Assembly: GCA_018818785.1 (NCBI GenBank)
Contig: JAHIRF010000005.1
Span: forward strand, 207,093-271,092
DNA length: 64,000 nt
Direction: 5' to 3'
DNA from: Thermoplasmatota archaeon
GTDB taxonomy: Archaea; Thermoplasmatota; Thermoplasmata; UBA10834
The notes beneath the pieces were generated by a model that saw only the letters and a program-made list of their open reading frames with translations, was not told where the DNA came from and did not search any database. The position numbers and the translations under genes were made by a program. Positions 9,240 through 18,675 of this stretch are shown piece after piece; within the stretch, counting starts at the first letter, position 1; each line of letters opens with the position of its first letter.

Positions 9240-10529
9240 ATGACCTATTCTGGCCTCATCGGAAAGCTCCTGGAGGCTACGGGAACGTCCGTCGGCGATG
9301 TGATCTCCGTGACCCGCGGCAAGGAGAAGACCACGGGCGTTCTGATGCCACACCACGAGTTCAGTTCGGAATCGATCATCACGGTGAAGTTGTCAAACGG
9401 TTACAACATCGGTGTCCGCATAGACGGCAGTTCGCGCATCGGACTAATCTCCAAGAAGGAGTCGAAGACTTTGGTGAGCAGGTCGATGCCAACAGGGGAT
9501 TCCAAGAAGGATGTCGCAGTCATAAGCACCGGCGGAACGATCGCATCTTATGTGGACTATAGGACCGGCGCGGTGCATCCTGCGAAGTCGGCGGAGGAAC
9601 TGGTCTTCTCAGTGCCTGAACTGATGGATCTGTGCAATATCCGCGCGAAGGTTCTATATTCGATTCTCAGCGAGAACATGACCGTGAAGCATTGGCAGGG
9701 CCTGGCGAACGCAGTCGCGGACGAGCTCAACGGCGGCGCGGCCGGCGTCATAGTACCCCACGGCACGGACACGATGGGATTCACTTCAGCGGCTCTATCG
9801 TTCATGCTCAGGAACCTCTCTGGACCGGTGGTCTGCGTGGGTTCCCAGCGCTCATCGGACCGTCCCTCATCTGACGCTAGGATGAATCTGCTTGCAGCCA
9901 CTCGTCTTTGCGTCGACTCGGACCTGGGCGAGGTCGTCGTGGTCATGCACGGTGAATCCTCAGATACTTATTGCCATGCCCATCGAGGCACCAGGGTCCG
10001 TAAGATGCACTCGTCCCGGAGGGACGCCTTCAGGAGCATCAACATCGACCCGATCGCGAAGGTAGAAGGGCCGGAGACGAGCTTCATTGGGCAGTATTCG
10101 AAACGTTCATCGGGCCCAGTAGAGGTGCGGGACAAGATGGACCGGAAGGTCAGCCTTCTTTACTTCTATCCCGGTTTCGAGGGCGAGCATTTCGACCTCA
10201 TAGCGAGCCATGTGAAAGGCGTGGTCGTGGCCGGTACGGGGCTAGGTCATGTATCCGAGGAGATCACAAGGTCGATCAAGATTGCCGTGGACAATGGAGT
10301 TCACGTGGTCGTGACGAGCCAATGCCTCTCCGGTACCACGAACCTCAACGTCTATTCGACCGGAAGGGACATGGTCGCCGCTGGCGCCCTTCCTCTCGGT
10401 GACATGCTTCCAGAGACGGCGTACGTGAAGCTCATGTGGGCACTTGGCCAGGCCAAGGACCACGACGCGGTCAAGAAGCTCATGCTGACCAACATATCCG
10501 GGGAGATATGCTTGCGGAGGGAGGTCTGA
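9240..10529 (+). CDS. gatD: Glutamyl-tRNA(Gln) amidotransferase subunit D
   Basis: Asparaginase-like core (VAVISTGGTIAS, HGTDTM) after the GatD-type N-terminal domain. First ATG (MTYSGLIGKLLE) is at 9240. The ORF-track extension back to 8730 is antisense to purD. Confidence 0.9.
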   Translation: MTYSGLIGKLLEATGTSVGDVISVTRGKEKTTGVLMPHHEFSSESIITVKLSNGYNIGVRIDGSSRIGLISKKESKTLVSRSMPTGDSKKDVAVISTGGTIASYVDYRTGAVHPAKSAEELVFSVPELMDLCNIRAKVLYSILSENMTVKHWQGLANAVADELNGGAAGVIVPHGTDTMGFTSAALSFMLRNLSGPVVCVGSQRSSDRPSSDARMNLLAATRLCVDSDLGEVVVVMHGESSDTYCHAHRGTRVRKMHSSRRDAFRSINIDPIAKVEGPETSFIGQYSKRSSGPVEVRDKMDRKVSLLYFYPGFEGEHFDLIASHVKGVVVAGTGLGHVSEEITRSIKIAVDNGVHVVVTSQCLSGTTNLNVYSTGRDMVAAGALPLGDMLPETAYVKLMWALGQAKDHDAVKKLMLTNISGEICLRREV

Positions 10530-10530
10530 C

Positions 10531-12405
10531 TTGGACTACAAGAACCTCGGCCTCAGGGTTGGCATCGAGATACATCAACAGCTGAACACGGGTAAGCTGT
10601 TCTGCAGCTGCGATTCAGAGCTCGTCGACGAACACCACAAGGAATTCGTGCGGAACCTTCGCCCCACGCAGAGCGAGCTGGGCGAGATAGATAAGGCTGC
10701 GCTCGAAGAGGCGGAGAGGAAGCTCCAGTTCAGGTATCAGACGGTCCCGTGCTCGTGCCTGGTGGAGGCGGACGAGGAACCACCACACGATGCAAACAGG
10801 TTGGCGATCGAAGCGTCCTTGGAGATGGCATTGCTTCTGGGGGCGATACCTGTTGACGAGATACACTTCATGCGAAAGATCGTGATCGATGGGTCCAATA
10901 CGGGAGGATTCCAGCGAACCGCGCTAATAGCCACCAAGGGGAGCTTCGAGCTTCACGGGAAGCGGTTCGGCATGTCATCGATATGTCTGGAGGAGGACGC
11001 TGCCAGGAAGATGACCGAGCACGCGTCGGAGGTCACCTACAGGCTGGACCGGCTAGGGATCCCACTGATCGAGATCGCGACGGACCCTGACATGTCGACT
11101 CCGGAGGAGGCCCGGGCCGTGGCCGCAAGGTTGGGCGCCCTGCTCAGGGCCACCAAGAAGGTCAGACGCGGCATAGGCACGATCCGCGAAGACATCAACA
11201 TATCCATCGCAGGCGGCGCGAGGGTGGAGATCAAGGGTGCGCAGGACCTGCGCCTGATTCCTGTCTATGTCGAGGAGGAGGTCAAGAGGCAGCTCGCACT
11301 TCTGGATGTGAAGGACGTCCTGAGGAAGCGAGGAACGAAACCCGTCATCGTCGATATCAGGGACCTGTCCGGCCTCTTGAGGGGCACCAGCTGCAAAGTG
11401 CTTCGATCCGCCCTGGATTCAGGCGGTAGGGTGCTCGGGGTCAAACTAGAAAAATTCGCAGGCACCATGGGGCGTACGGAAGCCGGCGTCAAGCGATTGG
11501 GGGCCGAGATAGCCGCTCACGCTCGTGTCGCCGGGGTCAAAGGCCTGTTCCATTCGGACGAGCTTCCGGGCTACGGCATAACCCGGGCGGAGGTCGAGGA
11601 CATCGGCACGATGCTGTCCGCAGAGGCTGAGGATGCATTCGTGCTCGTGGCGGATTCCGAGGAGAAGGCGAGGGCCGCCCTCACCCGCGTAGTCGACCGC
11701 GCGAACATCGGCCTATCCGGAGTGCCGGAGGAAACCAGGGACCCGCTTCCAGACGGTCAATCAGTTTACAGCAGGCCGCTCCCGGGGAAGGATAGGATGT
11801 ACCCCGAGACTGATGTGAAGCCGATCCTGATCAGCGAGAAGGTGCTGAAGAGCATCGAACTCAACCTCCCCGAGTTGCCCGAGGCGAAGGTCTCGAGGTT
11901 GACGAAGGAGTATTCCATCAACAAGGAGCAGGCGGAGGCGTTGATCAACAACGCGTACGACGACGAGTTCGAGCTGCTCGCAGGGAGCCTGGGCAATGCT
12001 CCCGTGGTCGCGAGGATTTATCTCAACATATTCCCTGAGCTGGAGAAGGCGGGCCTGGACCAGGACAACGTGAAGGTGGAGATGGTCCGCGAACTTCTCT
12101 CCGCCCTCGATAAAGGGACCTTCGCGAAGGAGGCGATTCCGGACATACTGCACTGGATGCTCAAGAACGATGTCCGGGATGTCGAGAAGGCATCCGAATC
12201 ACTCGGAGTGTCATCCGTCGGCCTATCCGATGTGCGCGCGATCTGCGAGCGAGTGGTGAAGGAGCGCGAATCTTACATAAAAGAGCGGGGCAAGAGCGCC
12301 CTAGGGCCGATAATGGGCATAGTCATGAAGGAGCTCCGCGGAAAAGTGGACGGAAAGATCATCAGTGAGATTTTGAACGAGAAGATAGAACAGCTCCTGA
12401 GTTGA
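10531..12405 (+). CDS. gatE: Glutamyl-tRNA(Gln) amidotransferase subunit E
   Basis: GatB/E-type N-terminus (GLRVGIEIHQQL...KLFCSC), 624 aa. Starts (TTG) 2 nt after the gatD stop. Confidence 0.92.
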   Translation: MDYKNLGLRVGIEIHQQLNTGKLFCSCDSELVDEHHKEFVRNLRPTQSELGEIDKAALEEAERKLQFRYQTVPCSCLVEADEEPPHDANRLAIEASLEMALLLGAIPVDEIHFMRKIVIDGSNTGGFQRTALIATKGSFELHGKRFGMSSICLEEDAARKMTEHASEVTYRLDRLGIPLIEIATDPDMSTPEEARAVAARLGALLRATKKVRRGIGTIREDINISIAGGARVEIKGAQDLRLIPVYVEEEVKRQLALLDVKDVLRKRGTKPVIVDIRDLSGLLRGTSCKVLRSALDSGGRVLGVKLEKFAGTMGRTEAGVKRLGAEIAAHARVAGVKGLFHSDELPGYGITRAEVEDIGTMLSAEAEDAFVLVADSEEKARAALTRVVDRANIGLSGVPEETRDPLPDGQSVYSRPLPGKDRMYPETDVKPILISEKVLKSIELNLPELPEAKVSRLTKEYSINKEQAEALINNAYDDEFELLAGSLGNAPVVARIYLNIFPELEKAGLDQDNVKVEMVRELLSALDKGTFAKEAIPDILHWMLKNDVRDVEKASESLGVSSVGLSDVRAICERVVKERESYIKERGKSALGPIMGIVMKELRGKVDGKIISEILNEKIEQLLS

Positions 12406-12580
12406 TGTCCTTCTTCGCGAGCACCGTGAGGAAGTCCTTGCAGTACCCGATCGCCGTCCCAGAGTCTTTCTCTTGACAGCTCAGGAAGCTCCTGCAGAGC
12501 TCGTCGAGGTCTTCCTGGTTGTTGTACTTCCTCTTCTTCTCAACGGTCACTGGAACCCTCTCCTGAAGGGATTCTCCCAA
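12362..12580 (-). CDS. Small hypothetical protein (about 60-72 aa)
   Basis: GC3-rich, coding-like codon usage (..gag aag aag agg aag tac aac aac cag gaa gac ctc gac gag ctc tgc..). Lies 37 nt downstream of the methyltransferase on the same strand. TTG (12580) or an internal GTG start. Its 3' end overlaps the gatE 3' end by 44 nt. No family recognised. Confidence 0.3.
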   Translation of the reverse strand: MGESLQERVPVTVEKKRKYNNQEDLDELCRSFLSCQEKDSGTAIGYCKDFLTVLAKKDINSGAVLSSRSKSH

Positions 12581-12617
12581 TCGGGGCGGTGCCTAATAAT
12601 ACTTCTCGCTCACATTC

Positions 12618-13223
12618 TCAATGGCTGCCAATCTTCTGAACCAATCTGTACGCGAATATCGATTCGAAGAACATGTGCTTCTCCTCGATCATCTCCGTCT
12701 CGTACCGCTCCCTGGCTGCCCTGAGGATGCTCCTCAAGCCTCCAAGGGATGAGAGGATCATGTAGATCTCGCCCCTCGGTGAAAGATGCCTCCACGCGTG
12801 GTCTAGGAACCTGATGATCACGTCCGACCCGTCCCCTCCTCCCGCCCAAGCCTTCTCCATCCAGCTGGGCGGACCATCCTCGTCCGGGAGATAAGGCGGA
12901 TTGAACACGATCACATCGAACAGCCCTGGTACCTTCTCGAAAAGATCGCTCTCGATCGCATCCATCTTCAAGTCGTTCCGCAGCGCGTTCGACCGTGCAC
13001 ACTGAACCGCATTGGGATTGATGTCGACAGCGGTCACCACGGCCCCGGCCTTCGCAGCATGGAGCGCCACTATCCCGCTGCCGGTGCCCATATCGAGCAG
13101 CTTCTGACCAGGGGACGCCTCAGCGATCTTCAGTATAAGGAAAGAATCATCGCTGGGGTTGTACACCTCTGAGGCCACCTGTATGTCTATCGAATGATCG
13201 AGCTTCACATGGTCGGTATGCAC
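12618..13223 (-). CDS. HemK/Mtq2-like SAM-dependent (N5-glutamine-type) methyltransferase
   Basis: SAM-binding LLDMGTGSGIVAL and NPPY motif (VIVFNPPYLP). ~200 aa. GTG start. Confidence 0.8.
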   Translation of the reverse strand: MHTDHVKLDHSIDIQVASEVYNPSDDSFLILKIAEASPGQKLLDMGTGSGIVALHAAKAGAVVTAVDINPNAVQCARSNALRNDLKMDAIESDLFEKVPGLFDVIVFNPPYLPDEDGPPSWMEKAWAGGGDGSDVIIRFLDHAWRHLSPRGEIYMILSSLGGLRSILRAARERYETEMIEEKHMFFESIFAYRLVQKIGSH

Positions 13224-13281
13224 ACCCTTACGATTAAGACTTTACCGAAAGAGGGTATTCTCCCTATCTGGAAGTACACCA

Positions 13282-14157
13282 ATGGAAGCATATGTCCTTG
13301 TCGTGATAGCGGCGGTCATCGCCGCCATAGCATACTCCTATCTGAGGCAGTTCAGTTTCTCCCTGGTTGCCAGTGCGACCTGCGGCGCGGTGTTCCTGTT
13401 CATGCTGATCGATGCGGGAACCCGGGGCATAATTTACTCAAGAGCGATCGTGGAGTTCGGTTTCAGGCCAGAAGACTTGATTGACCCGAGCAGGTTCTAC
13501 ACGGTGCTCACATCGATGTTCACCCACGCGAGCTTCGGTCACTTGTTCATGAATGTGATCGCCCTCGCGTTCCTGGGGATGATCCTTGAGCAGCGTATAG
13601 GCACTCGTCAATACATCCTCATCTTCTTATTCGCTGGAGTGTGCGGAACGCTCTCCTTTGCCGCGTTCAGATGGAACGAGCCATTCGTGCTGGTCGTAGG
13701 GGCATCAGGGGCGATAAGCGGAGTGTTGGGCGCGCTTGTCAGGATGTACCCACACGAACGCATGACGCTGATATTCTTTCCTAGGATGCCTCTGCCGCTC
13801 TGGACGATAATCTGCGGATTCCTGCTTCTTCAGCTTGTAATGCTGATTGGCGATTACGGGGTCGCGGTGGAGGCTCATCTGGGCGGTCTGGTCGCCGGGA
13901 TGTTCGCAGCGCCTTATTTCGCGAAGGCGCAGGTCCTTCGAAGGGAGAAGAGGACCATCCCGGTCACCGCGTTGAGGAAACTCGCCACCACCCATGAGCT
14001 GAAGGCCATGCTGGCCAGGATCGAGAACGAGGAGATCCCAGATGTCCGGAGCGCATGGATCGAGAAGTTCGTCTCTGTCGCCAGGTGCCCTGTGTGTGGG
14101 GCTGCTCTGAAGACGCGGAAGGCCGGTCTGTTCTGCGATCGAGGGCACCTGCTATGA
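13282..14157 (+). CDS. Rhomboid-family intramembrane serine protease with a C-terminal zinc ribbon
   Basis: Six hydrophobic segments. GASGAISGVLGA (GxSG serine) and AHLGGLVAG (His). C-terminal CPVCGAALKTRKAGLFCDRGH. Confidence 0.85.
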   Translation: MEAYVLVVIAAVIAAIAYSYLRQFSFSLVASATCGAVFLFMLIDAGTRGIIYSRAIVEFGFRPEDLIDPSRFYTVLTSMFTHASFGHLFMNVIALAFLGMILEQRIGTRQYILIFLFAGVCGTLSFAAFRWNEPFVLVVGASGAISGVLGALVRMYPHERMTLIFFPRMPLPLWTIICGFLLLQLVMLIGDYGVAVEAHLGGLVAGMFAAPYFAKAQVLRREKRTIPVTALRKLATTHELKAMLARIENEEIPDVRSAWIEKFVSVARCPVCGAALKTRKAGLFCDRGHLL

Positions 14158-14747
14158 CCGACCGGGGTGCTCCTCCCAAAGTAAGAGTATTACGTCATGG
14201 CTGGATCGTGAGAGATGGCTCAAGAGTCGTGGACGCATCTTCGTCCGTCACCCTCATCGAGGAGGGTGACCATCGGTTCCTCGTCGATACGGGGGCATCC
14301 AAGGACTCGGACGCACTAATATGCGCACTCTCCGAGGTCGGCCTTCGCCCTCAGGATATTGATGATGTGGTGAACACTCATCTGCACATCGACCATTGCG
14401 GATGCAACGACCTGTTCACGAATGCCCGGTTCCACGCACACGCATCCGAGGCCCCTCCTCTCGGAACCGTTCGATTCACCGGGGATGTCGATCTTTCCCC
14501 GCATGTCCGAGTGGTCCATACGCCGGGTCATACGAGAGGATGCGTATCGGTCTTCGTAGAATCGGATACAAGGTACGCGATATGCGGGGACGCCCTTCCC
14601 ACTGAGGCCAATTATCGGTCATGGGTGCCTCCAGGGATTCATTTCGACCGTTCCCTCGCCTTGGCAAGCATGGGACTCATCGTCGGCTGGGCCCAGACAG
14701 TTGTCCCGGGCCACGACAAGCCCTTCACCGTCATGGGAAAGAAGTAA
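14154..14747 (+). CDS. MBL-fold metallo-hydrolase
   Basis: HxHxDH motif (THLHIDHCG) and downstream HTPGHT. ATG at 14154 forms an ATGA overlap with the rhomboid stop. Confidence 0.8.
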   Translation: MTDRGAPPKVRVLRHGWIVRDGSRVVDASSSVTLIEEGDHRFLVDTGASKDSDALICALSEVGLRPQDIDDVVNTHLHIDHCGCNDLFTNARFHAHASEAPPLGTVRFTGDVDLSPHVRVVHTPGHTRGCVSVFVESDTRYAICGDALPTEANYRSWVPPGIHFDRSLALASMGLIVGWAQTVVPGHDKPFTVMGKK

Positions 14748-14772
14748 AACCAAGGACCGCAATGGGCTCGCG

Positions 14773-15408
14773 ATGAAAGCAGCACCTGCATCCATATCCG
14801 CCGAATGTCCAATATGTCGCGAGGAGACACTTCACGAGATACTTACTGGCAAGGTGGCAGGCAAGGCAAAGGCAGTCCTGGACTGTACGGCCAAATGTCG
14901 GCAGTGCGGACAGGTTCATCACATCACCTTGAGCGAGGACAAGCCAGTGGAGATACCTGTCATCGTCAGCTGGCTCAAGGATTCCAAGAAGGCCTCGGTC
15001 GTGTTCGGCCCTGATGAGGTGATATTCGTGGACGATGAGATCATGTGTGCGGAGACGCCAGCTCTCATAACATCCATCGAGTCCAAAGGCGCCCGCGTGA
15101 AGCGATGCAAGGCCAAGAACATCGATACTATCTGGGCCAAGAAGTTCGACAAGATCCGCGTGCCATTCTCGATCAACCATCAGGGTAAGAGCTACTCGGA
15201 CCATGTCATGGCGGTCCCGGACGAGGAGTTCATCATCGGCGACATGGTCGAGATCAGCAAGAAGCAGGTAGTCATCCACTCGATAAAGCTCGAGAACCGG
15301 GTCTTCAGACGCGGTTCAGCGCTGGCCCGGGACATAGTCAGAGTCTATGGCAACCTCGTCAGGAAGACTGATCAGAACATGCCGCGCCCTCCAAGGTTTA
15401 AATCGTAA
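14773..15408 (+). CDS. Archaeal zinc-ribbon protein (COG1326-like)
   Basis: N-terminal CPICREETLHEIL...CRQCGQVHH four-Cys ribbon followed by a ~150-aa domain. ATG at 14773 (MKAAPASI). Confidence 0.55.
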   Translation: MKAAPASISAECPICREETLHEILTGKVAGKAKAVLDCTAKCRQCGQVHHITLSEDKPVEIPVIVSWLKDSKKASVVFGPDEVIFVDDEIMCAETPALITSIESKGARVKRCKAKNIDTIWAKKFDKIRVPFSINHQGKSYSDHVMAVPDEEFIIGDMVEISKKQVVIHSIKLENRVFRRGSALARDIVRVYGNLVRKTDQNMPRPPRFKS

Positions 15409-15428
15409 TAGCCCCCTTTGATTGTACG

Positions 15429-16091
15429 ATGGATTTCGACGGGGCTAGGGCAAGACTCGTGGCCGACCTCAGGCAGAGCCGTTTCATCAAGGATGATATG
15501 GTAGCGGATGCGATGCTGAAGGTGCCCAGGGAGCAGTTCGTCCCGAGATCGATGCGGGAAGAAGCGTACACCGACTCTCCGCTCTCTATCGGTTCCGGAC
15601 AGACGATATCCGCTCCTCACATGGTCGCCATAATGGTGGAAGCGTCGCAGCTGAAGAGCGGGCACAAGGTGCTGGAGATAGGCGCAGGGTCGGGATATCA
15701 CGCGGCGGTGGTCGCCGAGCTTGTCAGACCGGGCGGGAGAGTGTTCACGGTCGAGCGGGTGGCGTCTCTGGCGAAATTCGCGGGTGATAACATAAATCGC
15801 ACGGGATATGGTAATACCGTGCAGATAATCTGCGGGGACGGTTCAAACGGTCTTCCGGAGGAAGCGCCCTTCGACAGGATATTCGTCGCGTGCGCCGCCC
15901 CGGATGTCCCCATGCCCCTGAAGGCGCAGTTGGCCGATGGCGGGAGATTGCTGGTGCCCGTCGGCGGTCGATATTTCCAGAAACTGATGCTCGTGGAACG
16001 GAAAGGTTCGAAGTTCAATCAGGAAGACCTCGGAGGTTGCGTATTCGTTCCACTCATAGGCGAGCACGGTTATCGAACATCGTCTATGTGA
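15429..16091 (+). CDS. pcm: Protein-L-isoaspartate O-methyltransferase
   Basis: TISAPHMVA, VLEIGAGSGYHAAV and DRIFV motifs. 220 aa. Confidence 0.92.
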   Translation: MDFDGARARLVADLRQSRFIKDDMVADAMLKVPREQFVPRSMREEAYTDSPLSIGSGQTISAPHMVAIMVEASQLKSGHKVLEIGAGSGYHAAVVAELVRPGGRVFTVERVASLAKFAGDNINRTGYGNTVQIICGDGSNGLPEEAPFDRIFVACAAPDVPMPLKAQLADGGRLLVPVGGRYFQKLMLVERKGSKFNQEDLGGCVFVPLIGEHGYRTSSM

Positions 16092-16717
16092 TCCAGTATC
16101 CTGCGCAGGTCCCGCCCTTCGACCACGATGTCCGCCCGCGCCCTCACCTCTTCGTCCTCAGGTGAGAACGCGATGCCGAGCGAGGATGCCTCAAACATGG
16201 TGACATCGTACCGTGAGTTCCCCACGCTCACGATGTCCTTCTGTCCTATGCCAAGGCGACGGGCGGTTTCTGTGACCGTGTTGCCCTTGTCCATCAGCCT
16301 CACCCGCAGGATACCTTCCCCGGATAGTCGATCATGAGCATCCGTACCAAGGCCGTTTGCGAACTGCATGTCCATGTCCAGTTGCTGGCATATGCGTTCA
16401 GAAAGCAGGTCGATGCCGGCCGATACGATGACGGTCCTGTGGCCAGCCTCCTTCAGGGTCGAGACGGTCTCCTCAGCTCCATTCATCAGAGGCGCATCAT
16501 CGAGCATTTTCCGGATGACCTCTCGCGTGATCCCAGGATCCTTCTCGCGCCACAGCTCGATGTCCCTTCGGATGAACTCGCGGTCATCTATCTCTCCTCT
16601 GAGATACGCGTGAAGTGAATGGTCGTTGTTCACGCCGAACTTGCGGTGGACGAATACCCAGGAGCTGTCGACATCGGCGAGCACGCCGTCCATGTCGAAG
16701 ACAACCAGCTTGGTCAC
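16070..16717 (-). CDS. HAD-IB family phosphatase (phosphoserine-phosphatase-like)
   Basis: DxD motif in KLVVFDMDGVLAD, then SAG and GNSRYD motifs. I prefer the GTG at 16717 (MTKLVVFDMDG). The ORF-track ATG at 16798 would overlap the divergent TraB gene. The 3' end overlaps pcm by 22 nt. Confidence 0.8.
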   Translation of the reverse strand: MTKLVVFDMDGVLADVDSSWVFVHRKFGVNNDHSLHAYLRGEIDDREFIRRDIELWREKDPGITREVIRKMLDDAPLMNGAEETVSTLKEAGHRTVIVSAGIDLLSERICQQLDMDMQFANGLGTDAHDRLSGEGILRVRLMDKGNTVTETARRLGIGQKDIVSVGNSRYDVTMFEASSLGIAFSPEDEEVRARADIVVEGRDLRRILDHIDDVR

Positions 16718-16771
16718 AGCCAGCCAATGGAACGAAGGTTTATTAAAAGCATCTCCCGATGGAGCCTTCCG

Positions 16772-17476
16772 ATGATAACGCTGGTCGGGGTCGGGCACGT
16801 GTTCGCCATATCGGACAATGTGAAGGATATCATCCGTTCGAAGAACCCCGAAGTGGTGTGTCTAGAACTGGACGCGGCTAGGTTCAACTCGCTGATGAGC
16901 AAAAACCAGAGCAAGAAGGTCCCGCTCCAGTATATGCTGCTTGCCAGCATCCAGCGTCGCATGGCCAATAAGTTCGGGTCCGAGGTCGGCGATGAGATGA
17001 TGGCTGCTTTTGGTGCCGCCCAGGAGATCGGGGCCAAGGTGGCGTTGATCGACATGGAGGCTTCGGTGGTCTTCAGCAATATGTGGCGCACGATGTCCTT
17101 GAAGGAGCGGATCAACTTGTTCATGGGGGCACTCATAGGCCTGGTCGCCTCCAAAGAGAAGGTCGAGCACGAGCTTGATGCGTACGCGGATAACGAAGCG
17201 AAGTACCTTGACACGCTGGGTGAGCAGTTCCCGTCCATAAAGAAGGCGCTCCTGGACGACAGAAACGTTTACATGGCGGAGCGCATCGCATCGTTGGCGA
17301 CCAAGCACCAGAACATACTGGCGATCGTCGGGGATGGTCACATTTCGGGTCTGACAGCCGCTTTGGCCGGTCAGGAGGTCGAGACCGTCAGATTGAAGGA
17401 TGTACGGAACGGATCCGCGTTACCAGAGAGCTCATCCACCGATTATTCTATCAGCTATAGGTATGACAGCCAATGA
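16772..17476 (+). CDS. TraB/PrgY-family protein
   Basis: MITLVGVGHVFAISDN... N-terminus and IVGDGHISGL, both typical of the TraB family. Alternative ATG at 16727. Confidence 0.75.
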   Translation: MITLVGVGHVFAISDNVKDIIRSKNPEVVCLELDAARFNSLMSKNQSKKVPLQYMLLASIQRRMANKFGSEVGDEMMAAFGAAQEIGAKVALIDMEASVVFSNMWRTMSLKERINLFMGALIGLVASKEKVEHELDAYADNEAKYLDTLGEQFPSIKKALLDDRNVYMAERIASLATKHQNILAIVGDGHISGLTAALAGQEVETVRLKDVRNGSALPESSSTDYSISYRYDSQ

Positions 17477-17563
17477 TCGGAGGCGTGGGCCATCATCGCC
17501 GTCGGTCATATCCTACGCCTCTCGTGAAAAGCATTTAGATAGGTAAGTGGTTTAGCAAGACGC

Positions 17564-18295
17564 TTGGCGGAGATATCCTTGAATGTGAGATTGCTGAACT
17601 ACACCAAGAACCCGGACAAGGTATGTGCGGCAGCGGCACAATCGTGCTACTCTGAGAAGGGCGCTGGTGAACTGTTCGATACGACGGCCGATGACCGTGC
17701 CGAGAAGATGATCACGAAGGTCGTGGGCATGGGGCATCTATCTGTCGTGGAGCATGCGTACTTCACATTCAGCGTAGAGGGTGTATCCAGATCCCTCACC
17801 CACCAGCTGGTCAGGCACAGGATCGCCTCCTATTCCCAGCAGAGCCAAAGGTATGTCGGCATGGCCAAGGCCGAATATGTGCTCCCTCCGTCCGTGGCTG
17901 GAGATGATGGGGCTAGGATGAAGTACACTCAGGCGATGGACGCGGCCTGGAAAGCCTATCGTGAACTCGCTGAGCTCGTGCCCAAGGAGGACGCCAGATA
18001 CGTGCTCCCGAACGCATGCCACACGAACATAACGGTCACCATGAACGCGCGCGAGCTCTGGCACATGTTCAGGCTCCGATGCTGCCGGAGGGCACAATGG
18101 GAGATACGAATGATGGCATGGAAGATGTTGGAGGAGGCGAAGAAGGTCGCCCCCATCCTCTTCGAGAACGCAGGGCCTGGATGCTTCGCTGGACCATGCC
18201 CTGAGGGTGAGTATTCGTGCGGGAAGCCCTACAGACGCGGCGCGATGCCCTCGGACGATGAATTGCTGGTCGAGAGCGCCAAACCACGCAGCTGA
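17564..18295 (+). CDS. thyX: FAD-dependent thymidylate synthase
   Basis: ThyX signature [14 protein letters not shown] (RHRxxSxxxxSxR). TTG start at 17564 or GTG at 17585. Confidence 0.92.
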   Translation: MAEISLNVRLLNYTKNPDKVCAAAAQSCYSEKGAGELFDTTADDRAEKMITKVVGMGHLSVVEHAYFTFSVEGVSRSLTHQLVRHRIASYSQQSQRYVGMAKAEYVLPPSVAGDDGARMKYTQAMDAAWKAYRELAELVPKEDARYVLPNACHTNITVTMNARELWHMFRLRCCRRAQWEIRMMAWKMLEEAKKVAPILFENAGPGCFAGPCPEGEYSCGKPYRRGAMPSDDELLVESAKPRS

Positions 18296-18340
18296 ATATT
18301 CTGGCTATTACCACCAAGAGGCCGTCTCCGTCCGCAAACC

Positions 18341-18349
18341 ATATATATA
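18341..18349 (+). promoter_or_regulatory. TATA-like box for rps17e
   Basis: ATATATATA lies 35 nt before the ATG at 18384. GGTGA (18374-18378), a Shine-Dalgarno-like match, lies 5 nt before the ATG. Confidence 0.35.
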
Positions 18350-18383
18350 CCCTTCTCATTCGGAGAGTTTCACGGTGAGCCTC

Positions 18384-18575
18384 ATGGGAAACATCAGGCC
18401 GACATACATCAAGAGGGTAGCAATCGAGCTGGTCCAGAATTACCCCGAGCAGTTCTCTGGTGACTTCCAGCACAACAAAGAGATGGTGTCAAAACTCACT
18501 GATGTACGGTCTATCACAATGAGGAACCGGATTGCTGGGTATGTGACGCGATACCGTACTCACTACGAAGCCTGA
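18384..18575 (+). CDS. rps17e: 30S ribosomal protein S17e
   Basis: [17 protein letters not shown]...[10 protein letters not shown] is the characteristic S17e sequence. 63 aa. Confidence 0.9.
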   Translation: MGNIRPTYIKRVAIELVQNYPEQFSGDFQHNKEMVSKLTDVRSITMRNRIAGYVTRYRTHYEA

Positions 18576-18637
18576 AATTGCGCCTATCATCTGGCGGTCC
18601 TCAAACCGGTTGATATTTTCATCTGGGCGTACCACGC

Positions 18638-18645
18638 CTATATAG
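18638..18645 (+). promoter_or_regulatory. TATA-like box for the ABC operon
   Basis: CTATATAG lies ~31 nt before the ATG at 18676, which is compatible with a near-leaderless transcript. Confidence 0.3.
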
Positions 18646-18675
18646 CCATCAAATGATGTTCGAGTGTGCATAACT

